From positions 32,001 to 96,000 of the IMG/VR virus record IMGVR_UViG_3300010262_000138: a stretch of 64,000 nt of DNA. One strand, written 5' to 3'. Position 1 is the stretch's first letter. Every line of letters begins with the position of its first letter. Shown piece by piece: positions 52,955 through 61,105 of the stretch. Position numbers and translations under genes: made by a program. Under the pieces are notes generated by a model that was given only the letters and a program-made list of their open reading frames with translations, did no database searches and had not been told where the DNA came from. Source of the DNA: a virus (taxonomy: Duplodnaviria; Caudoviricetes).

Positions 52955-53302
52955 CTAATATTTAACCATATCAGACTGAATCTTTCTGCTATGAGTAATA
53001 ACTTCTACTTCTTTATCGCTTTTACGAAACCATACGTGATATCCTTCTTGATGCTCTGCGTAATATTGAGATCCGCAGTAAAGATAGTTCTTTTGTCTTA
53101 GAAATTCTTTTAGAAGTAACCACTGATTATAATCTTCAACCGTTCGGGTTTTTGAGAAAACCAATACATCACCTTCACAAATTGGTGCCGGCTTTTCATG
53201 TCCGGTTAAATGTCCAGTAAGGTCAAAGCGCTCAGAGTTTGCTGCGCTGCAGTGTAATGAGAAACGCCGAAAGAGGAAACAGCCAATCAACGGATAAAGC
53301 AT
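52955..53302 (-). CDS. Hypothetical protein (start uncertain)
   Basis: ORF convergent with early block. Confidence 0.4.
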   Translation of the reverse strand: MLYPLIGCFLFRRFSLHCSAANSERFDLTGHLTGHEKPAPICEGDVLVFSKTRTVEDYNQWLLLKEFLRQKNYLYCGSQYYAEHQEGYHVWFRKSDKEVEVITHSRKIQSDMVKY

Positions 53303-53350
53303 GGCGTATTGAAAATTAGGAGCGATGCCTTCACACCGCCCCTATTGCGA

Positions 53351-53443
53351 CTAGCTCCCCAAAGAGAGCCAGATGGCCTTAATGACCTCGCAAATTATCC
53401 CGGCGATTACGCCGCAAATAATCTCCTTGGCTTCAGGACGCAT
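53351..53443 (-). CDS. Type I toxin-like 30-aa hydrophobic peptide MRPEAKEIICGVIAGIICEVIKAIWLSLGS
   Basis: TTGCAA-17-TGnTATTCT promoter, AGGAGGT SD, anti-SD CTCCTAA in both 5' and 3' UTR. Confidence 0.7.
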   Translation of the reverse strand: MRPEAKEIICGVIAGIICEVIKAIWLSLGS

Positions 53444-53617
53444 CCGATACCTCCTAACGAGACCAAAAGTTTAGCCTCGAGCGGCCTTTCGCTCTCGTTT
53501 CTTCGATTAGGAGATAACAATCGCAGTTACAGAATAGCATATCCAGAAAAGGTTTGCAATCTGTAGACGGGAAATAGTTCAATACGCCACGCTTTGTCTT
53601 AAATATTAGGAGGTATT

Positions 53618-53917
53618 TTGATGGATGTAAAAATGCGTTTAGTATTAAATTATCTTGAAAGTCTTCAATATGATATTTGCGAGTCTATGATTGGACCGCA
53701 AAATTACAATAGAATTAACGGCGTGTCTCCTAAAGAGTTTGTGCAAAATCTTCTCTTCTTAAAGGAAGATGGATATATAGGGATAAATTTTTTGGGAAAC
53801 CCGTCAGAAAATACACATTGCATAATCACAATGACCAAAAAGATGGCAGACGACAAATACTGTAGAGAACGTAATATTTTATACCTATTAAATAAATGGT
53901 TTAAGAAAGCCAAGTAA
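53618..53917 (+). CDS. Winged-helix-like hypothetical protein (paralog of 53888-54205)
   Basis: AGGAGGT SD; VLNYL.SL.YD...INGVSP.EF...GYI...FLG.PS. Confidence 0.6.
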   Translation: MMDVKMRLVLNYLESLQYDICESMIGPQNYNRINGVSPKEFVQNLLFLKEDGYIGINFLGNPSENTHCIITMTKKMADDKYCRERNILYLLNKWFKKAK

Positions 53918-54205
53918 CGATTTTGCCTTACTCCACAAGTCGTCTTGAAAATATGATTTAGCCCTAGGCTTTATTCTTACATAGCACGCATGTTCCGGAG
54001 ATGGAACTCCTAAGAATTGTACGGAAATATACCCCTCACTTTGAATATCAAGTAACTGCCTAATAAACTCGTCAGGAGAAATCCCGTCTATCGCGGAATA
54101 GCTTTTAGTGTTAAGCAACGTGTCATTCTGACTATCGTAATTAAGAGATAATAAGTATTTAAGCACACGTTTAAACTCTTTCTTATTCATTTTAACCACC
54201 ATCAT
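53888..54205 (-). CDS. Winged-helix-like hypothetical protein (paralog of 53618-53917)
   Basis: VLKYL.SL.YD...IDGISP.EF...GYI...FLG.PS. Confidence 0.6.
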   Translation of the reverse strand: MMVVKMNKKEFKRVLKYLLSLNYDSQNDTLLNTKSYSAIDGISPDEFIRQLLDIQSEGYISVQFLGVPSPEHACYVRIKPRAKSYFQDDLWSKAKSLLGFLKPFI

Positions 54206-54234
54206 CTATCATGTCATAAAGGAGAGAAAATTCA

Positions 54235-54732
54235 ATGACTTACACATCAGCAAGTGCCCACAAACAAATCAAGCTATGGACAGAAGAGCGCGACGCTTTA
54301 ATTCAAAAGGAGCGGGAAATCTGCTCGTATACCTATCAGGCGGGAGAGGAACCGGTAATTGAAAAATACGATTTTGTTAATACGCAATGCCGAATCGCGG
54401 AATATAACAACAAGATTGCCGATCTAAGACACGCTGTTAATCTTTTCAATACAACAACGGTATTGCCCGGACTTGGCTTCACAATTGACGAAGCGCTTGT
54501 AAGAATGTCAATGCTTAACGATCAGAAAAACCGTCTCTCTCGTATGAAAGATATCAGAGAGAAAACGAGACAAACCAACTATAAAGGAATATCAGAATTT
54601 ACAGAACGCAATTTTAATATAGACGATTGTGAAGCTCTGTATCAGAAGGTTTGTAATGAGCTAATTCAAATTCAGCTTTCCATTGATAAGACAAATCTTA
54701 CAGAACAGTTTGATGTTCCTGACGAAGATTAA
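54235..54732 (+). CDS. DIP1984-like long helical-hairpin protein
   Basis: I..LRHAVN.FN.T...TIDEAL...N.....L..IQ..ID..N pattern; AAGGAG SD. Confidence 0.55.
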   Translation: MTYTSASAHKQIKLWTEERDALIQKEREICSYTYQAGEEPVIEKYDFVNTQCRIAEYNNKIADLRHAVNLFNTTTVLPGLGFTIDEALVRMSMLNDQKNRLSRMKDIREKTRQTNYKGISEFTERNFNIDDCEALYQKVCNELIQIQLSIDKTNLTEQFDVPDED

Positions 54733-55227
54733 CCATTGCCATTTGTGAAAATTGAAAAGGGTACGTCGCCGCACCCTTTCAGTCATCAATACCGCAGATG
54801 ACGGAGCGTTTCCCTTACGAACATATAGATCGTAAGTACATCAGCAAGTGCGCCGATCATGCGGAGCACATATAGCATCAGTTCGCCCACTGCATCACTG
54901 CCTTTCATATATATGCTGAAAGTACGGGACCCTCACTCTGAGCAAGTGAGTGTAGTCATATGAGCGGGTTGATGACGCCAAAATTATAATACAGTTTACA
55001 CAAAACGGCAAGCCCTAATATCCGTCCATCCAGTCCACAACTAAACAAAAGAAAATTCTATCAAGTATCTGTAGACGTATCGTTGATGTTATAAGATTAT
55101 TTTGTTATTTATTGTCTGTATGTGCATAAGATGAAGAAGTCTATAGAAGAAATTCTATTTTTAATATCATAATTGGATTGGTAAAAACTTAGGAAAGAGG
55201 TCTTTCCCCGGCAAAAGTAGATGGTTA
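54731..55227 (+). ncRNA. Putative ~500-nt structured RNA
   Basis: ORF-free; 5' TAACCAT-TGCC pairs with 3' GGCA..ATGGTTA; run of 7-8 adjacent hairpins. Confidence 0.5.
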
Positions 55228-55291
55228 TATGCCGGATATCCTGTGCCGCAGCCGAATGATAGGCAGTCAGTTAGTTTGTAAAAGCAGAGTT

Positions 55292-55318
55292 AAAAAGAGG
55301 GCGTGATATTCACGCCCT
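55292..55318 (-). terminator. Intrinsic terminator of the cassette inside the split tRNA
   Basis: AGGGCGTGA/TCACGCCCT stem followed by CTTTTT on minus strand only. Confidence 0.7.
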
Positions 55319-55344
55319 GACGGTTAACGACCCCTCATAAGCAC

Positions 55345-55407
55345 TCAGTTTAACAAGGCGCTATAGGTAGCGATCGTTATATTAACGCAGATATCCATGA
55401 GATCCAT
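55345..55407 (-). CDS. 20-aa hydrophobic peptide MDLMDICVNITIATYSALLN
   Basis: AGGAGGT SD; TTGTAT-16-TGnTATAAT promoter at 55525-55498; terminator downstream. Confidence 0.55.
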   Translation of the reverse strand: MDLMDICVNITIATYSALLN

Positions 55408-55665
55408 GCCAACACCTCCTGTATGTAAACTAAAATGAGAGGTTCTTCCCTTAATAACCTTAACACCTCAATTTAGTAACAAAAGGACCGCTACTTTATT
55501 ATAGCAAATTATTCAATTTATACAATAACAAAACTCTTACAAATTCAACTGATGTATGCTGGTTCGAGTCCAGCCGGCACAACCAACGGAGAATAGGTTG
55601 TCAGTTAGTCATCTCCGGACAAAAACGATTAAGACTGTCTGGCAGGCCGGAAAGACGGCCGATAT

Positions 55666-55740
55666 ACGCCCTTAGCTCAACGGAAGAGCACACTCCTTAT
55701 AAGGGTGAGGTTGTGGGGTCAGAACCCACAAGGCGTACCA
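55666..55740 (+). tRNA. tRNA-Ile(UAU)
   Basis: Cloverleaf; anticodon arm CACTC-CTTATAA-GGGTG; encoded CCA; atypical T loop GTCAGAA and one acceptor mismatch. Confidence 0.8.
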
Positions 55741-55794
55741 GATCATTTTCGTAAATCTACGAAAACTGATAATTAAAAAGAAAGAAGGTAAGTT

Positions 55795-56061
55795 ATGACA
55801 GAACCCCAGAAGTATCAATGTCCCTATTGTAAAACCTGGTATGAAACACCCAGAGAGATGGCCCTTTGTACGATTCGCTGCGATGAAGCGAGAGAGGAGA
55901 TGGAAAAGAGAAAACGAGAATTAGAATTCAAAGAGAAAAAGGCTCAGAGATCTAGTGAACTTAAGCAAAAATATGTAGAATTACAGAATTTGTGTAAGTC
56001 ATATGCACATGATTACGGGACAGATCTTCCTATCACGTTCCCGTTGAAAATTTTTTTCTAA
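55795..56061 (+). CDS. Small Zn-finger/coiled-coil protein
   Basis: YQCPYC...C...C. Confidence 0.6.
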   Translation: MTEPQKYQCPYCKTWYETPREMALCTIRCDEAREEMEKRKRELEFKEKKAQRSSELKQKYVELQNLCKSYAHDYGTDLPITFPLKIFF

Positions 56062-56079
56062 TTAAGATGAGGTAACTAA

Positions 56080-56387
56080 ATGAATATTATTTTTGTTAAT
56101 CATTACACAGAAAAAGACTATTGTTTCGAGGTCCCTGAACTGCTTTTGCCGTACTTAAAAAAGGCATGACAGTCCTTGTTGAAACCAAAAGAGGAGTCAC
56201 TACAGGTATTACGACAACGGATATTATCAGCGGAGATGGCGCCAGAGACATTGCCGTAAAAGCAGGAGCATATTTCCCTCTTGCTAAAGTAATTTCATTT
56301 CTTGATGGCATTCTTATGCAGGTTGCAAAAAATCAGATTGTCAATGTAATAAATAAGGAATTTGAAATCCCCTATATTCCATTTTAA
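56080..56387 (+). CDS. Hypothetical protein, apparently split by a -1 frameshift
   Basis: GAGGT SD and ATG 56080; A-AAA-AAG at 56157-56163 joins to ORF 56166-56387. Confidence 0.5.
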
Positions 56388-56398
56388 AAAGGAGATTT

Positions 56399-57220
56399 AT
56401 GGACAAAATCAAAGTATTTGAAACAGAACTAAAGTGGATTCAGAACCCTGAAATCCGCAATTTTGCTGAGAAAGCTGTTTCACTTTTGCCAGACTATTTC
56501 TTTGAGGTTGCCGCGTCGAGCACAGGAAAATATCATCCTACATACGCTATTGGCCCAGGCGGATTGGTGCGGCATACAAAAGCTGCAGCTTCAATTGCTC
56601 ACGAACTGCTTTCACTTGAAATGTATGATAAATATACTTCAGATGAAAGAGATCTGATGCTAATCGCCCTGATTTTGCACGATGGGTGGAAGCATGGTAA
56701 ATCTGAAAAGGCAGGCGCCTATACGGTGGCAGAACATCCTACCGTATGTTCAGAATGGATTCAGGAAACAGAAGATCTGTCTTCTTTATTGCCCGAGGAG
56801 CAGATTGAATTTCTCTGCGGGTGTATTGCGTCTCATATGGGGCAGTGGAATACCGATTACCGTACAAAGAAGGAAATCCTCCCTAAACCTAAGACCGCCG
56901 CGCAGAAGTTTGTGCATCAGGCCGATTATCTTGCAAGCCGTAAATATCTTATCTACGACTTTGGAGACAGTTATTATCGCCCCGGAAATAGTCCGGATGA
57001 ATCTAAAAAGGAAGACCAGCTTAATACAGTTAAATCAAAAATCGTCGCTCTTTGCAAAGAAAAGATCTCATCCGGGGTCAATAGTTCTGAGCTCTATGCG
57101 CTTATTGCAGAAAAAACCGGAGGTTCTAAAAACCCTAATTCCATTACCGATGTAGGCATTGCAAACGAAGTGCTGTCTGCAATTTCAAATCTAAATAAGG
57201 GGGATTCAAGTGGAAAATAA
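56399..57220 (+). CDS. HD-domain phosphohydrolase
   Basis: ASSTGKYHP..GGLVRHT...LHDG...HP...SHMG.W...ADYLASR. Confidence 0.85.
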   Translation: MDKIKVFETELKWIQNPEIRNFAEKAVSLLPDYFFEVAASSTGKYHPTYAIGPGGLVRHTKAAASIAHELLSLEMYDKYTSDERDLMLIALILHDGWKHGKSEKAGAYTVAEHPTVCSEWIQETEDLSSLLPEEQIEFLCGCIASHMGQWNTDYRTKKEILPKPKTAAQKFVHQADYLASRKYLIYDFGDSYYRPGNSPDESKKEDQLNTVKSKIVALCKEKISSGVNSSELYALIAEKTGGSKNPNSITDVGIANEVLSAISNLNKGDSSGK

Positions 57221-57914
57221 CATCAGCGTGTTCGAACGACTGAACGCAGTAGACGTTCAGGACCAACTTGACGAGAAGAAATCTGGCAACACAGACCTGC
57301 TATATCTTAAGTGGGCTTATGCGTGGTCGGAGACAAAGAAGGTATTCCCGGAGGCTACATACAGAATACTTCGCTTTGGGGAAAACAACCTGCCTTATGT
57401 TTACGATCCCAACACCGGATACATGGTATTTACCGAGGTAACGATTGAGGGTTTGACTCACTCCATGTGGCTGTGTGTATTGGACGGGGCGAATAAAGCC
57501 ATGAAGGCGGAGCCCTACGAATATACGGTAGGCAGTGGTGACAAAAAGAGAACTAAGATAGCAGAGGCCGCGACAATGTATGACATCAATCGTACTTTGA
57601 TGCGGTGCCTCGTGAAGAATCTGGCGATGCATGGTCTTGGACTTTCAATTTATTACGGCGAGGTTATTTCTCCGGAGGCTAAACAAAAGGCCGAAGAGGA
57701 AGAGGCTGCTCGCAAGAAGCAGCAGGAGATTTTGACTGCGGAACGCAATAAAATTATTAGTCTTGCTACCGAAAAAACAGAATCCGGGATTGATAAGGAT
57801 ACGATTTATTCCGTCATCCAGAAGTATACCGGAGGAAAGAAAAATCCGAATGCAATTCAGACTATTGAAGATGCCAAGGCGTGTTTCAAAGAAATCGAGG
57901 CTATGAAGCCTTAA
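57210..57914 (+). CDS. Sak3/DUF1071-like single-strand annealing protein
   Basis: YLKWAYAW, GYMV.TEVTI, DINRTLMRCLVKNLAMHGLGL.IY.GE. Confidence 0.8.
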   Translation: MENNISVFERLNAVDVQDQLDEKKSGNTDLLYLKWAYAWSETKKVFPEATYRILRFGENNLPYVYDPNTGYMVFTEVTIEGLTHSMWLCVLDGANKAMKAEPYEYTVGSGDKKRTKIAEAATMYDINRTLMRCLVKNLAMHGLGLSIYYGEVISPEAKQKAEEEEAARKKQQEILTAERNKIISLATEKTESGIDKDTIYSVIQKYTGGKKNPNAIQTIEDAKACFKEIEAMKP

Positions 57915-57960
57915 AGTACACATATTTCAACTCAATTAATAGAAAGAAATGAGGTAACAA

Positions 57961-58386
57961 ATGCTGAATCAAGTTTCCATCGCAGGGCGTATTGTAAGAA
58001 ATATTGAGGTAAGAAAGACACAAGCCGGGATATCGTCTGCTTCATTCGCAATTGCAACTGACAGAGACTATAAGGATAAAGACGGCAATAAAGTAACAGA
58101 CTTTATCAATATCGTTGCATGGAGATCAACTGCGGACTATGTATCAAAATACGCGGGAAAGGGATCTCTGATTATTGTGGACGGCAAGCTTCAGGTCAGA
58201 AGCTGGAAGGATGACAAGGGAGCAAATCATAACGCTACAGAAGTAATTGCGGATAATATTTACATTTGCGATTCAAAGCGCAGCAATGACGGGGCGGCTA
58301 ACAAAACAACGTCCGCAAAGAGAAGTAAGCCGGCGGATGTAGAACCTAACTCTGCTATCGACAGCGATGAGGATCTTCCGTTTTGA
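57961..58386 (+). CDS. ssb: Single-stranded DNA-binding protein
   Basis: MLNQV..GR, TDFI.IVAW, KG....V.G.LQ.R, acidic DLPF tail. Confidence 0.93.
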   Translation: MLNQVSIAGRIVRNIEVRKTQAGISSASFAIATDRDYKDKDGNKVTDFINIVAWRSTADYVSKYAGKGSLIIVDGKLQVRSWKDDKGANHNATEVIADNIYICDSKRSNDGAANKTTSAKRSKPADVEPNSAIDSDEDLPF

Positions 58387-59150
58387 GCGGAGGAAAATAT
58401 GATCTGATTCTTGACGGTATCCGGTGGAGCTATTCTAGTGTGAATAGCTACCACCAGTGCCCCAAGGCGTTTAAGCTCGGATATATCGATGCAGCGCCGC
58501 GCGTAGACAATGCTTTCAGCCAATGGGGATCTCTGATCCACTCGCTGCTCGAACGCTATTTCAAGGGTAAAATCGAATTTTTCGAACTTAGCCAGCTTTA
58601 CCGCCAGGAATATGATGACAAAGTAAAATGCAGCTTTCCGTTCGCGAAAATGGACGCTTCCTACCGCTCCCGAGGAGAAGAGTTCTGCGATAATTTTGAG
58701 GGTGACTTTGAGGGTTATGAAGTAGTTGCGGTAGAAAAAAAAGTAAAACTAGATATTGATGGGCGCCCTTTTGTTGGGGTAATCGATCTTGTCATAAAAA
58801 GTGAAGACGGATATATCATTGTAGACCATAAATCAAAAGCTTCCTTTAAGAGTAAGTCAGAAAAGGAAGATTATCTGAAACAGTTATACCTCTATTCCAT
58901 CTACATACAGCAGGAATACGGCGAGCCTCCAAAGAGACTTTGTTTCAATATGTTCCGCGCTGGTTCAAAAGAATGGGAGGACTTCGATCCTGAAAAGCAA
59001 TTAAGGGCGAGAGAGTGGTTTGTAAATACCATTGACCAAATCTATAGCGACAATTCCTTTGAAGCACATGTTGATTCCTTTTTCTGTAATAACCTTTGCG
59101 GGGTACGCCATCAGTGTAATTGTTCTGAGTCGTATGCGAGAGAGGAGTGA
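58383..59150 (+). CDS. PD-(D/E)XK (RecB/Cas4-like) exonuclease
   Basis: WSYS...CP, GS..H, E...GVIDL...IVDHKS, QL.LY, C-terminal Cys cluster. Confidence 0.85.
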   Translation: MSGGKYDLILDGIRWSYSSVNSYHQCPKAFKLGYIDAAPRVDNAFSQWGSLIHSLLERYFKGKIEFFELSQLYRQEYDDKVKCSFPFAKMDASYRSRGEEFCDNFEGDFEGYEVVAVEKKVKLDIDGRPFVGVIDLVIKSEDGYIIVDHKSKASFKSKSEKEDYLKQLYLYSIYIQQEYGEPPKRLCFNMFRAGSKEWEDFDPEKQLRAREWFVNTIDQIYSDNSFEAHVDSFFCNNLCGVRHQCNCSESYAREE

Positions 59151-61105
59151 GATTTATCCTCGTAGACGCTAAAAGAATTGAAGAAGCAAAAGAGAAATTA
59201 GGCGATGAAAACTTTACCTATATGATGCAGTTCCTCGGGATAGAAGATTACGACGCAACAAGAATGAAATGCTGTTGCCCGTTTCATAAAGAAGATACGG
59301 CATCTTTTATCTACAATCCAAAAACGTATAAGGCTCATTGCTTTGGATGCAGCGTCAACGTTGATATCTTGGACGCATATATGAAAGGTAAGAATGGCAC
59401 GTTCGGTGAGGCGGTCCAAAAGCTGTTTGAATTGGCGGATATCCCTTACAGTTTTGGAGAATACGGTGTAAAAACGAAACGGCAATATCGATATCCCAAA
59501 GTCGTGGAATGCTCTGACAAAACACAGATTTACGATTACCTATTGAAACGTAAAATCAGCCCGTCTACCGCAGATTATCTTGATATTCGGCAGGACGAAT
59601 ACGGGAATTTAGCATTTCATTATTACGATCTCAACGATGTCTTGACGATGGTAAAGTACCGCCCGTCCCGAAAAATAGAAAAGGGAGAGAACAAAAACTG
59701 GTGTCAACAGGGTTCTGATACCACGCCGCTGCTTTTTAATATGAACAGAATTAACCCTTCTCAACCTTTGATTATTACCTGCGGGGAGCTGGATTGCGCA
59801 TCTGTAATCGAGTCAGGTCTGACAAATTGCGTAAGCATTCCGCTCGGAGACGGGAATACGAAGTGGATAGAGGAATGCTGGGACTTTCTTGAACAGTTCA
59901 AAGAGATTATTGTCTGCCATGACAATGACAGTTCTGGGGTTAAATTTGTAAAAGAAGTAATCCCAAGACTCGGTTCTTGGCGTTGTAAGGTGGCGAATTG
60001 CCCTGACTTTGTTCTTACAAAATCAGGCGAGAAGAGAGCGATTAAGGACATAAATGAGGTTTTATACTTTTATGGAAAAGAAAAAGTAGTCGATATCATT
60101 TTAAATTCCACCGACAGCCCGGTGCCATCTGTGCAGGATTTTTCAAATATCCCTGATAAGGAATTTTCCGATATGGAAGGGATTCGGACGGGGATAGAAT
60201 CTTTGGATAAAGAAATCATGTGCCTGCCATTCGGGAGCTTGACGATTGTTTCCGGAGCTCCGGGAGCCGGTAAAACCTCTCTCCTTTATGGATTGGTATG
60301 CCAAGCGCTGGAACAGGGTTCTAATGCATGGGTATTCTCTCGTGAGCTTCCCGACTACACTACAAAGGGCTGGATTAACTACATGCTGGCTGGGCCGCGC
60401 AATGTAAGCGAATACCACAATTCTCAGGGCGCCAAATATTATAAGGTAAATCCCGAAGCAAAGAAAGCGATTTCTGCTTATTACAAAGGCCGTCTCTATG
60501 TGTACCGGGATGATTTCGGATGTAAAGCTCAAGAGATTTTTTCTTCCATGACTGATTCGGTGCGCAAATACGGCACGAGGTTTTTGTTGATCGACTCGCT
60601 GATGATGGTAGATCTGGAATCAAACGAGAATAACAAGTTTGAAAAGCAGACCGAGTTTATCAACCAGTTAATCCAGTTCGCGCTGAGATATAATGTGGCA
60701 ATCGTATTGGTTTGCCATCCCAGAAAGCTGCAGTTTGGGCAAAGTGAAGTTGGAATGTACGATATTGCCGGCAGCTCTAACCTCAGCAACCTGAGCCATC
60801 GGGCAATCGGCTTGCGAAGGGTTGGCAAAAAGGAGCGAATGGGGGAGAGAAACGCCAGGGATACGGGCTGGATTATTCCGCCCTGCCAATACCATTGTAT
60901 GCTGAATATTATCAAAGATCGTTTCCGGGGAAGAGCTGGTGCGGAATTCGGCTTATATTACGATGAGGCCAGCCGAAGGTTCTTTTCCAATCCTTCAGAG
61001 TATGACTTCAAATATTCTTGGGATCAAAACATTTATCAGGACGAGCTTACATACCCGATTGTAGATATGGAAGAAGAGGTTTTAGGGACAATCAGGGAGG
61101 GATGA
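59147..61105 (+). CDS. Primase-helicase (Zn finger + TOPRIM + SF4 helicase)
   Basis: CPFH..HCFGC, GELD, DND..G, KDINE, GAPGAGKT, IDSLM, VCHPRK. Confidence 0.9.
   Translation: MRFILVDAKRIEEAKEKLGDENFTYMMQFLGIEDYDATRMKCCCPFHKEDTASFIYNPKTYKAHCFGCSVNVDILDAYMKGKNGTFGEAVQKLFELADIPYSFGEYGVKTKRQYRYPKVVECSDKTQIYDYLLKRKISPSTADYLDIRQDEYGNLAFHYYDLNDVLTMVKYRPSRKIEKGENKNWCQQGSDTTPLLFNMNRINPSQPLIITCGELDCASVIESGLTNCVSIPLGDGNTKWIEECWDFLEQFKEIIVCHDNDSSGVKFVKEVIPRLGSWRCKVANCPDFVLTKSGEKRAIKDINEVLYFYGKEKVVDIILNSTDSPVPSVQDFSNIPDKEFSDMEGIRTGIESLDKEIMCLPFGSLTIVSGAPGAGKTSLLYGLVCQALEQGSNAWVFSRELPDYTTKGWINYMLAGPRNVSEYHNSQGAKYYKVNPEAKKAISAYYKGRLYVYRDDFGCKAQEIFSSMTDSVRKYGTRFLLIDSLMMVDLESNENNKFEKQTEFINQLIQFALRYNVAIVLVCHPRKLQFGQSEVGMYDIAGSSNLSNLSHRAIGLRRVGKKERMGERNARDTGWIIPPCQYHCMLNIIKDRFRGRAGAEFGLYYDEASRRFFSNPSEYDFKYSWDQNIYQDELTYPIVDMEEEVLGTIREG

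Larger units (their letters stand above)
55242..55585 (+). ncRNA. tRNA body interrupted in the anticodon loop by a ~273-nt insert
   Basis: Acceptor TGTGCCG/CGGCACA-A-CCA, D arm, anticodon stem GTCAG/CTGAT, T arm GCTGG-TTCGAGT-CCAGC. Confidence 0.8.

Noticed and set aside
53309-53566. 85-aa plus-strand ORF
   Set aside because: No SD; overlaps the better-supported minus-strand toxin-like unit
55242-55585. tmRNA, or group I intron-containing tRNA
   Set aside because: No G3.U70 alanine identity, no ALAA-type tag ORF, full D arm present, and no P7 core like the two real introns
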